DNA of 64,000 nt from Candidatus Saccharimonadota bacterium (GTDB taxonomy: Bacteria; Patescibacteriota; Saccharimonadia; Saccharimonadales; Saccharimonadaceae), in contig VGLK01000005.1 in the NCBI GenBank assembly GCA_016866755.1, forward strand, positions 10,272-74,271, read 5' to 3'. The stretch's first letter is position 1. Each line of letters begins with the position of its first letter. The notes under the pieces are model-generated. The model saw only the letters and a program-made list of their open reading frames with translations. It was not told the DNA's origin and did no database searches. Both the position numbers and the translations under genes were made by a program. Below are positions 19,277 to 27,087 of the stretch, piece after piece.

Positions 19277-19768
19277 TTAGGTTGTCCAGTTTACCCAACC
19301 GCCATTAGTAAGACCCCAGGTTCCAGCCGAAGATACTCCTTGATTCGAGCAAGTTGTAGTGTGAGTAACGAGCGCGCCAGCATCGCGTACAAGACCGCCC
19401 TGAGAGCGAAACGCGAATGTAGTACCAGATTTACTGCCGGCTACAATGGCAAAGCGGGTGCCATCAGAACAGTACAGCAAATTATAATCACTTAAGCCGG
19501 AAGGCGTATAGTGTGCCCCATAGGCGCGCTGGGTGGCAGTAAATCCTAGCTGATCAAGATCTGCGGCGTTAATTGCCGGAAGTCGATCATTAATCACTTG
19601 AAATTCGCGAATTTTACCAGCAATGTTACGAAGATCACTCTGCACTGCCGTATCATTAGCCCTATTTTGAATGCCATTATACGCAACAATCGTAATAGCC
19701 GCTAAAATGGCAATTACAACAATTACGATTAACAATTCAACAATGGTAAAACCTGTTTGTTTTTTCAT
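19277..19768 (-). CDS. type IV pilin-like protein (NRANDT subfamily)
   Basis: QTGFTIVELL. Confidence 0.9.
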   Translation of the reverse strand: MKKQTGFTIVELLIVIVVIAILAAITIVAYNGIQNRANDTAVQSDLRNIAGKIREFQVINDRLPAINAADLDQLGFTATQRAYGAHYTPSGLSDYNLLYCSDGTRFAIVAGSKSGTTFAFRSQGGLVRDAGALVTHTTTCSNQGVSSAGTWGLTNGGWVNWTT

Positions 19769-19792
19769 GCTGTCACCATTTTAGCATAAGCT

Positions 19793-20338
19793 TTATGGAC
19801 CGATAATACTTACTACACAGGTGGTGATTGTGCCGGTGGTTGCGGTAAACCGTGCAGTAGGAGTGGCCATGGTAGCTCCGCCGCTATTTGTTAGATTAGA
19901 GAGTTGGCAATCTTGCGAGCCGCCCTTTAAGAAGTAAACAATAGCCAAAGGTTGATTAACGCCATTAAAAGTACGAGAGCCGACGTAATTATATACAATG
20001 CCAAAATTTGTATCGTCGGCGCGTGGCGTTGAACCTGGTAGCGAAGCAATGGCAGTAATATTGCCCGGTGCCGAACCAGCTGAATTTGGCGGTACGTTAG
20101 TAGACCAATTGCAACCGCTTTGTGTAGTTAGGCAAAAGCTGCTGGTTGCGGGGTAGCTATCATGAGTGGTGATGTATGAGCGTAGGGCACTTACGGCATT
20201 TTTGGCCGCCGAAAGCGTTGCAGTATTGTTCGCCCTATTTTGAATGCCATTATACGCAACAATTGTAATAGCCGCTAAAATTGCAATCACTACAATAACA
20301 ATAAGTAATTCAACAATGGTAAAGCCGCGCGATTTCAT
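19793..20338 (-). CDS. type IV pilin-like protein (CLG-like subfamily)
   Basis: MKSRGFTIVELL. Confidence 0.9.
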   Translation of the reverse strand: MKSRGFTIVELLIVIVVIAILAAITIVAYNGIQNRANNTATLSAAKNAVSALRSYITTHDSYPATSSFCLTTQSGCNWSTNVPPNSAGSAPGNITAIASLPGSTPRADDTNFGIVYNYVGSRTFNGVNQPLAIVYFLKGGSQDCQLSNLTNSGGATMATPTARFTATTGTITTCVVSIIGP

Positions 20339-20415
20339 ATGGGTATCATACCATATTGCTTATGGCTGATTCTAGCTTGTAAAATTCATGAAATTAAAAT
20401 GATATAGTAAAAGAG

Positions 20416-21726
20416 ATGACGCGGATTGACACATGGATAACCGGACTTTTAGTAGTGGTAATTATTGGATTATCGCTGCATGCGCCCTTTACGGTACTAA
20501 TTACCACGCATGTTCCAAGTATGGAACTAGCGGCAAAAGCCTGGAAAGAAGTACTGTTATTTATTGCGTTAAGTCTTTGCGTGATAAAGGCGGTGCAATT
20601 AAAAAAGTTACAGCTTTTAACGCGTGATCGACTGCTTCAGCTTTTGGCACTTTACGTTTTGCTACATGTTATTTTACTTGGCTTTATGTGGCAAGGCATT
20701 GTACCAGCGCTGGCGGGATTGCTTATTGATTTACGCTGGGTGCTTGGATTTATAACTGTATACTGCGCGGTTAAGTTGGTGCCGTCTCTGTCGCCGGTAT
20801 TGTTAAAGTCAGCAATCATTGGCGCCGCAATAATTATTGGGTTTGGTGTATTACAGTTGTTTCTTCCGCACGATAGCTTAAAATACATTGGCTACGACAG
20901 GCGGGAAACTATCGCTCCCTATCTTACAGTCGACCAAAACTATGATTATATTCGAATAAACAGTACTATGCGAGGGCCAAATCCGCTAGGCGCTTACGTT
21001 ATGATTGTATTGGCGCTGGTACTAGCTGCAGCGGTAAGGGGTAAGTTGTTATTACATACCACCCGGCAAAAAGTTGCCGTAGCAGCCTTGCTAGCGGCCT
21101 GCGCTAGCGTATTATGGGTTACGTATTCACGGAGCGCCCAAGGTGCTGCAGCTATAGCGGTTGGTATTGTAGGTGTCGTGGGGCTTTGGCGGCTTTATTC
21201 ATGGCGGATTATAGCCGTGTTTGGAATTGTGGGATTAATGATGCTAGGCGGACTTTATGCAGCGCGCGAAAGTGATTTTGTGTCGCATGTTATTTTGCAC
21301 GAAGACCCAAATGAAGGCAACGATATAAACTCTAACGATGGCCACGTAGATTCTGTGGCGCTTGGTTTAGAGCGAATGGCTGCTCAGCCGCTAGGGGCGG
21401 GTATTGGTAGTACCGGTTCAGCTTCACTGTTAGGCGACGGCGAGCCAATTATTATTGAAAATCAATATTTATTTATTGCCCATGAGGTGGGCTGGTTGGG
21501 GATGGCGTTATTTTTAGTACTACAAGCCTATATTTTGCAACAGTTATGGCGGCGTAAAGATGATTGGCTTAACCTTGGTTTGTTTGCGAGCGGCGTAGGC
21601 TTGCTTGCGATTGGTATGCTGCTGCCGGTGTTGGTAGATGATACGATTGCGATTATATGGTATGCGCTGGCGGCACTTGCACTTGCTGGCGGGCGAACTC
21701 TACCGGCTAAAAATAAAAAACATTAG
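20416..21726 (+). CDS. O-antigen ligase family (Wzy_C) membrane protein; possible pilin O-oligosaccharyltransferase
   Basis: 436 aa polytopic; WVTYSRSAQG, then a periplasmic loop with His and AAQPLGAGIGSTG, matching the Wzy_C pattern; divergent from the pilin array. Confidence 0.7.
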   Translation: MTRIDTWITGLLVVVIIGLSLHAPFTVLITTHVPSMELAAKAWKEVLLFIALSLCVIKAVQLKKLQLLTRDRLLQLLALYVLLHVILLGFMWQGIVPALAGLLIDLRWVLGFITVYCAVKLVPSLSPVLLKSAIIGAAIIIGFGVLQLFLPHDSLKYIGYDRRETIAPYLTVDQNYDYIRINSTMRGPNPLGAYVMIVLALVLAAAVRGKLLLHTTRQKVAVAALLAACASVLWVTYSRSAQGAAAIAVGIVGVVGLWRLYSWRIIAVFGIVGLMMLGGLYAARESDFVSHVILHEDPNEGNDINSNDGHVDSVALGLERMAAQPLGAGIGSTGSASLLGDGEPIIIENQYLFIAHEVGWLGMALFLVLQAYILQQLWRRKDDWLNLGLFASGVGLLAIGMLLPVLVDDTIAIIWYALAALALAGGRTLPAKNKKH

Positions 21727-21751
21727 CAATACACGGTATACTAAAAAGAGT

Positions 21752-23482
21752 ATGAAGCAAAAATTATTTCGTTTACAGCGCTGGGTTCGGTGGCATCCGC
21801 GTAAAACTGCTCTTATAATTGTCGCTGGATTATTATTGCTAGTTATTATTATTCAGTTGCTGTACCCGTTTTCACGTCTGCCACTTTACCTTACAATTGA
21901 CGGCAAAAATGTAGGCGGTATGCCTATGGGTCAGATTGCGAGTCAGCTTGATAAGGCGTATGCAAACGAGACTATTGAACTTTACTATGGCAGTCGAGAT
22001 GAGGCGTATATGTCGCCAAAGCCCGCTGAATTTGGCGTACAGGTAACAAACAGAGAGCGCGTTGAGGCGGCTGGATATCCGCTCTTATTACGCCTTGTGC
22101 CAACCTCACTATTTTGGGCGCACACTCAAGTAGAAGTTAGCGCGCCGGAATATATTCGCGATCAATCAAGGTTAACAAAGTTTGTAAACGAGAAACTTGG
22201 CGAGTCGTGTAATGTAGAGCCAAAAAATGCTTCATTTGTGGTACGTAATAATGAGGCAGTGGCTGAGCGCGCCTTGCCGGGTGGAACGTGCTCACTTGAT
22301 GACGTAAAATCGGTGCTTGAAGCTGTAGAGGTTTCAATCACAAAAAAGAATCTCTCTCGAATTGCTATGGACGAAATTCCGGCAGACATACCAACCGAGC
22401 AAGCAGCGGAATTAGTGGCGCGCATTAATCAGCAAACCGATGGTGGTATTCCTTTGCGGGTGAACGAAGAGACTTACACGTTGCCTAAAAAGTCGGCACT
22501 AGAGTGGATAATGCCTGTTGAAAAAGACGGAAAACTTACGGTGACGTTTGATGCGGCAAAAGTTAGTGAAGGCTTAAAAGAGCCGGTAGAAGCCAAAGTG
22601 TATCAGGCTGCCGGCACCACAAAAGTATTTACTAAAGATTTCCAAGAGGTTCGTCGCGAGGTAGGGCCTGACGGTCGCCAGCTCGATATTCCAGCTACTA
22701 TTGATAGCATGGCTCGGTTTGCGACTGGCGAAGATAATGTTGCCGCAGCGCAAACAAAAGCTTTGCCAGCTACGCTGGTGTACGAACGCAGCTATAGCAA
22801 TAGCGACGAAGGACTTTCGGCGCTATTAAAGCAGCATGCAGAAGACAACAAGGGCGGAGAGTTTGGCGTATCGCTCATAGAATTATCAGGTGATCGTCGC
22901 CGGGCCGATTACAATGGTGATAAGCAGTTTGTAAGCGCTAGTACGTATAAACTTTACGTGGCCTACAGCGTACTTAAAAGAGTAGAAAATGGCACCATGA
23001 AATGGGGCGACACGCTTACGGCTGGCATATCGGTAGAACAGTGTTTTAATGCTATGATTTCGCGCTCGGATAACGCATGTGCCGAAAGTTTTGTAAAAAA
23101 AATTGGTTATCGACCACTTACAAACGAGGCGGTTAATTTGGGTGCAAAAAATACTACCTTTGTAGACATGGAAAGTTACAAGACGACCGCAAATGATCTG
23201 TCGCTTTTTAATGCCGCGCTAGAATCGTCTCAGTCGCTGCAGGGTGATAGCCGAGCTAAGCTGCTTGATGCTATGCGTAAGAATATTTTCCGTCAGGGTG
23301 TGCCGGCGGGGGTACAGGGCTCGGTGGCAAATAAGGTTGGTTTTTTAGATGGGTACCTACACGATGCAGCGATTGTTTATTCTGATCAAGGTACGTATGT
23401 GTTAAGTGTAATGACTAAAGATAGCAGCTGGAATACGATCAAGGCACTTAGTAAAAAGATAGACGAAGTCCGCAGGCAGTAG
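21752..23482 (+). CDS. membrane-anchored serine hydrolase, class A beta-lactamase/PBP-like C-terminal domain
   Basis: SxxK (ASTYK), SDN (SRSDN) and KxG (NKVGF) in canonical order; N-terminal TM helix; start set at ATG 21752 (MKQKLF). Confidence 0.6.
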   Translation: MKQKLFRLQRWVRWHPRKTALIIVAGLLLLVIIIQLLYPFSRLPLYLTIDGKNVGGMPMGQIASQLDKAYANETIELYYGSRDEAYMSPKPAEFGVQVTNRERVEAAGYPLLLRLVPTSLFWAHTQVEVSAPEYIRDQSRLTKFVNEKLGESCNVEPKNASFVVRNNEAVAERALPGGTCSLDDVKSVLEAVEVSITKKNLSRIAMDEIPADIPTEQAAELVARINQQTDGGIPLRVNEETYTLPKKSALEWIMPVEKDGKLTVTFDAAKVSEGLKEPVEAKVYQAAGTTKVFTKDFQEVRREVGPDGRQLDIPATIDSMARFATGEDNVAAAQTKALPATLVYERSYSNSDEGLSALLKQHAEDNKGGEFGVSLIELSGDRRRADYNGDKQFVSASTYKLYVAYSVLKRVENGTMKWGDTLTAGISVEQCFNAMISRSDNACAESFVKKIGYRPLTNEAVNLGAKNTTFVDMESYKTTANDLSLFNAALESSQSLQGDSRAKLLDAMRKNIFRQGVPAGVQGSVANKVGFLDGYLHDAAIVYSDQGTYVLSVMTKDSSWNTIKALSKKIDEVRRQ

Positions 23483-23527
23483 CCCCTTGACCTCGGGGTA
23501 GATTTTGGGCTATAATCCTATTTGTAT

Positions 23528-23602
23528 TCCGGCGTAGCTCAGTGGTAGAGCGGTTGGCTGTTAACCAATAGGTCACTGGTTCGAGCCCAGTCGCCGGAGC
23601 CA
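23528..23602 (+). tRNA. tRNA-Asn (anticodon GTT)
   Basis: Acceptor TCCGGCG/CGCCGGA, D arm GCTC-AGTGGTA-GAGC, anticodon arm GTTGG-CTGTTAA-CCAAT, T arm ACTGG-TTCGAGC-CCAGT, discriminator G, encoded CCA. Confidence 0.92.
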
Positions 23603-23825
23603 GAGCAAGCAGAGAAAAACGCAAACCTAGTTCCTAGACCTGCAATAACTTCTCTCCTTGCTCAGTCGAGAAGACAAAGTGCCGACAACAAGGTGCAGAT
23701 GTTGGAACCGTCCGAAAGGGCGGTTCTTTCATTTGACCCCTGTTACTTGGTTCTAGCCCAGCCCGTCCCGTCTTGAGGGAGCAAGCAGCCAAAAAGCTGA
23801 CCCGTTCCCTAGACCTGTCCCTGTC
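23603..23825 (+). repeat. tRNA-trailing block, copy 1 (hairpins, terminator, degenerate tRNA-3'-end remnant at 23749-23780)
   Basis: About 85 percent identical by eye to 26837-27055. Contains the 14-bp-arm inverted repeat 23603-23616/23650-23663 and the terminator hairpin 23705-23726 followed by a T-run. Confidence 0.8.
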
Positions 23826-23898
23826 TTAAAGCTTCATAAACAGCTTCATAAAATAACAACATGATGCTAGAAAACACTAAATCTGATATCATATATGC

Positions 23899-24225
23899 AT
23901 GACTGCGCATATACGCAAAGAACCGTCGAAAGAGCACATCGGAATTGCTACCGATATATTCAAGCTGGTAAGCGACCCGACAAGACTTAAAATACTGTGG
24001 TCATTACTGCACGGCGAACATTCAGTTGGAGAGCTTGCGGATGAAGTGGGTATGCAACCATCTGTTGTTTCGCAGCATCTCGCCAAACTACGGATATCGC
24101 ATATGGTAAGCATGCGGCGCGAGGGTACAAAAATATTCTATAAGGCAGAAAACGAACATGTATTACACCTGATCGAACATGCTTTTACCCAAGCAGATCA
24201 CATCAGGAGCGGTGAACATGAATAA
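23899..24225 (+). CDS. ArsR/SmtB-family metalloregulator
   Basis: DPTRLKILWSLLHGEHSVGELADEVGMQPSVVSQHLAKLR winged-HTH; 7-bp inverted repeat TATATGC/GCATATA spans its start codon (23892-23913). Confidence 0.85.
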   Translation: MTAHIRKEPSKEHIGIATDIFKLVSDPTRLKILWSLLHGEHSVGELADEVGMQPSVVSQHLAKLRISHMVSMRREGTKIFYKAENEHVLHLIEHAFTQADHIRSGEHE

Positions 24226-24243
24226 ATATAGAAAGGGACAATA

Positions 24244-24528
24244 ATGGGCCACGGATACAAGCTAGACAGATTTAGGGGTATAAATAAAAAGAAGCTAGCA
24301 GTTGCCGCTCTATTCGTTGGTATTATGCTAGTGATAATACTGATCATTATAGGTGCAATTGCCATAGCTATCGTTAGCACATTGCTTGGCCAAGCCGATA
24401 CTAACATCGGGCAAAGTATTAGCAATATCATCACAACGCTATGGAATTATGCTGTCGATTTTGTTACTGCGTTATGGAAGCAGGTTATTGCTAACCCACT
24501 ACAATTCCTAACAGGTGGAAATAGTTAG
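24244..24528 (+). CDS. small membrane protein, unknown function
   Basis: 94 aa with one long hydrophobic span; abuts the ATPase start. Confidence 0.5.
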   Translation: MGHGYKLDRFRGINKKKLAVAALFVGIMLVIILIIIGAIAIAIVSTLLGQADTNIGQSISNIITTLWNYAVDFVTALWKQVIANPLQFLTGGNS

Positions 24529-26436
24529 ATGAGTGCTGATCATCAAGAGCCCAAGCATGGACGCATGAATAAAGTTTTAACTGTGGTGGCTGCTATCAGT
24601 TTTATCGGAGGATTGGCTTTTAGCCTATTCAAACTACCCGGAGCCGAAGCACTATATCTCGTCTCATTGGCAGCAGGTGGAATACCAGTTGCAATCTCAG
24701 CCATACGAAAAATCTTAAAGCGGAAGATATCCATTAGCCTACTGGTCACCATTGCTGCCCTTGGGGCATTATATCTTGGCCAGTTCGCCGAGGCTGCAGC
24801 TGTCATGTTCTTTTTCGCGCTGGCCGAGGCCTTCGAGGAGTTCGGCGAAGCTCGCTCGCAAAAAGCGGTCGCCGCCTTACTTGAGAAGTCTCCAAAGATC
24901 GCTCGCATGAAAGATGGACGTGAGGTTCCTGTTGAAGAAGTAAAAGAGGGCGAAATATTCAAAGTCAGACCTGGCGATATGGTACCACTTGACGGCATGG
25001 TTGTAGATGGAGAGTCCTCGATTGACGAAGCCACTATTACGGGTGAAAGTGTACCCAAAGAAAAGTACAAAGGGCAGGCAGTTTACGCGGGTACCTTAAA
25101 CCAAAGTGGCTATTTGGAAGTCAAAGTTACTAAAATAGCCGCCAATAGTACCTTGCAGAAAATCGTTACATTAATCGAACAGGCGCAGAAGTCACGCCCG
25201 GAAATGCAGGAATTCCTGGATAAGTTTGCTAGTTACTATATTCCTATTGCCATAGGGTTGGCAGTGTTAGTTGCCGTTGTACCGCCCGTATTTTTCGGCG
25301 AGCCATTTAGTGATTGGTTCACTAGAGCACTCATTTTATTGGTATTAGCGTGTCCAGACGCACTGGTCGTCTCGGCGCCAGTTGCGGTAGCAGCAGCTAT
25401 CGGAGGCGCTTCAAAGCGGGGCGTACTCATTAAAGGCGGCCGCTTCCTGGAAGTTTTAAGCAAAACCAGAGCGATTGCTTTCGATAAAACCAAGACCCTA
25501 ACCGTCGGAACGCCAGTGGTCGCGGAGGTAGTACTTCTGCACGGCGCCACAGAAGAAGATGTTATAGGTGATGCCGCTGGTATTGAAAAGTTCTCGTCGC
25601 ATCCACTAGCCAAGGCTATTGAGGATTATGCAAAACAGAAGGGCATCAAGCCGCACAAGATGGATAAATTCAAAAACGTCGCTGGCCGTGGCGGCAATGC
25701 TAACTGCTTGGTGTGCGATTCAAAAGAACATGCAATAGGCAACTTGCAACATATTGGTGCCAGCGCTGAAACCTGCGATCATGTGTTACCGGAAGTTGAA
25801 CGTCTTGAGGGCATGGGCATGACCGCTGTGCTGGTTAGTGAGGGCAAGAAAGTCATTGGCATCATCGGCATCACCGACGAACTGCGCAGCGATTCAAAGA
25901 GTGTCATTGATGCCCTAAAGAGGCTCAGGGTCACTCCTGTAATGCTAACCGGTGATAATCAGCGGGCGGCAGACTACATTGCCCAAAAGGTCGGCATTAA
26001 AGAAGCCTACGGGGCGCTCTTGCCCGAGCAAAAATCAGAACTTATCGAGAAGTTACAAGCTCGCTATCAGCGAGTGGCTATGGTTGGTGATGGCGTCAAT
26101 GACGCACCCTCACTCGCACGAGCTGATGTCGGCATCGCCATGGGCGGAGGAGGCTCTGACGTAGCAATTGAAACAGCAGATGTGACACTAATGAATGACG
26201 CCATAGGCACCATCCCCTATCTCCTGGGAGTTGGTCAGCAGACCTTCAGGGTGGTACGGCAGAATGTGTACGGCTCACTCATCGTTAAAGGTGTTATCCT
26301 GGTGCTCGGTATCGCAGGAGTTATCGGACTCAGCGTAGCCGTGGCAGCTGACGCTATAATGGCTGTGCTAGTAGTCCTGAATGGCTTACGCCTATTCAAT
26401 GCTGGCGGTAGCCAAGTTGCTATAATTAAAAAGTAA
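24529..26436 (+). CDS. heavy-metal P1B-type ATPase lacking an N-terminal metal-binding domain
   Basis: TGES, MLTGDN and GDGVNDAP motifs present. The TM6 motif is CPD and the phosphorylation motif reads DKTKT. Confidence 0.85.
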   Translation: MSADHQEPKHGRMNKVLTVVAAISFIGGLAFSLFKLPGAEALYLVSLAAGGIPVAISAIRKILKRKISISLLVTIAALGALYLGQFAEAAAVMFFFALAEAFEEFGEARSQKAVAALLEKSPKIARMKDGREVPVEEVKEGEIFKVRPGDMVPLDGMVVDGESSIDEATITGESVPKEKYKGQAVYAGTLNQSGYLEVKVTKIAANSTLQKIVTLIEQAQKSRPEMQEFLDKFASYYIPIAIGLAVLVAVVPPVFFGEPFSDWFTRALILLVLACPDALVVSAPVAVAAAIGGASKRGVLIKGGRFLEVLSKTRAIAFDKTKTLTVGTPVVAEVVLLHGATEEDVIGDAAGIEKFSSHPLAKAIEDYAKQKGIKPHKMDKFKNVAGRGGNANCLVCDSKEHAIGNLQHIGASAETCDHVLPEVERLEGMGMTAVLVSEGKKVIGIIGITDELRSDSKSVIDALKRLRVTPVMLTGDNQRAADYIAQKVGIKEAYGALLPEQKSELIEKLQARYQRVAMVGDGVNDAPSLARADVGIAMGGGGSDVAIETADVTLMNDAIGTIPYLLGVGQQTFRVVRQNVYGSLIVKGVILVLGIAGVIGLSVAVAADAIMAVLVVLNGLRLFNAGGSQVAIIKK

Positions 26437-26448
26437 GGGAGAAAATAC

Positions 26449-26736
26449 ATGCAATGTCCAATAGATAAAACAGATTTAGTAATGACCGACCGTCAAGGTG
26501 TCGAGATTGATTATTGTCCGAAGTGCCGGGGGGTGTGGCTGGACCGAGGTGAACTGGACAAAATCATTGAACGTGGGTCCGTCCAGACTCCACCAGCCCC
26601 TACACCACAAGCCTATCAAGAGCCGAATTATCCTCCACAGCAGTACGACAAGCACGGTAATCAAGGCAGGAACAGTCAAGGTTATCCACGCAAAAAGCGC
26701 AAAGAATCATTCTTAGGTGATCTGTTCGATTTTTAA
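26449..26736 (+). CDS. zinc-ribbon protein (zf-TFIIB-like)
   Basis: MQCPIDKTDL...DYCPKCRGVWLDRGELDKI. Confidence 0.7.
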   Translation: MQCPIDKTDLVMTDRQGVEIDYCPKCRGVWLDRGELDKIIERGSVQTPPAPTPQAYQEPNYPPQQYDKHGNQGRNSQGYPRKKRKESFLGDLFDF

Positions 26737-26810
26737 TCAGGCGGAAGCTTTCAAGATATTACAATCTAAGCTAAAGTAAAGCGAGCCTAAAATTAGGCGA
26801 TAGAAACACG

Positions 26811-26836
26811 TGGTTCGAATCCAGCCGCCGGAGCCA
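26811..26836 (+). pseudogene. displaced tRNA-Asn 3'-end fragment (T-arm half, acceptor, GCCA)
   Basis: TGGTTCGAATCCAGCCGCCGGAGCCA versus tRNA TGGTTCGAGCCCAGTCGCCGGAGCCA; no 5' half upstream. Confidence 0.8.
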
Positions 26837-27055
26837 AGCCAAGCAGAGAAAATCGCAGACCTAGTTCCTAGACCTGCAATAACTTCTCTCCTTGGTCAGT
26901 CAAGAAGAAGTTGTACTGACAACAAGGTACAAATGTTGGAACCGCCAGAAATGGCGGTTCTTTCATTGCATCTCTGTAGGCTGGTTCTAACCCAGCCTCT
27001 CCCGTCCTGAGGGAGCAAGCAGCTCCAAAGCCGACCTATTCCCCAGACCTGTTCA
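26837..27055 (+). repeat. tRNA-trailing block, copy 2 (second degenerate tRNA-end remnant at 26983-27014)
   Basis: Collinear with 23603-23825; same hairpins (26837-26850/26884-26897; terminator 26939-26960). Confidence 0.8.
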
Positions 27056-27087
27056 CTCAAGTAAGAAAGTATATAATTAGAATCAAT

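Noticed and set aside
11792-20338. Regularly spaced ~100-nt repeats could suggest a CRISPR-like or satellite array
   Set aside because: The repeats are the coding 5' ends of pilin genes, with a period of about 0.5 kb and variable 'spacers' that are ORFs. No CRISPR-type short direct repeats or cas genes are present in the window.
24543-25613. Antisense ORFs 24543..25070 and 25236..25613 inside the P-type ATPase gene
   Set aside because: They lie opposite a confidently identified CDS and have Ser/Thr/Ala/Pro-rich composition with no motifs.
26810-27010. 66-aa ORF on the plus strand
   Set aside because: It lies entirely within the duplicated tRNA-trailing block and starts inside the tRNA fragment. 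The homologous copy 1 does not keep the frame.
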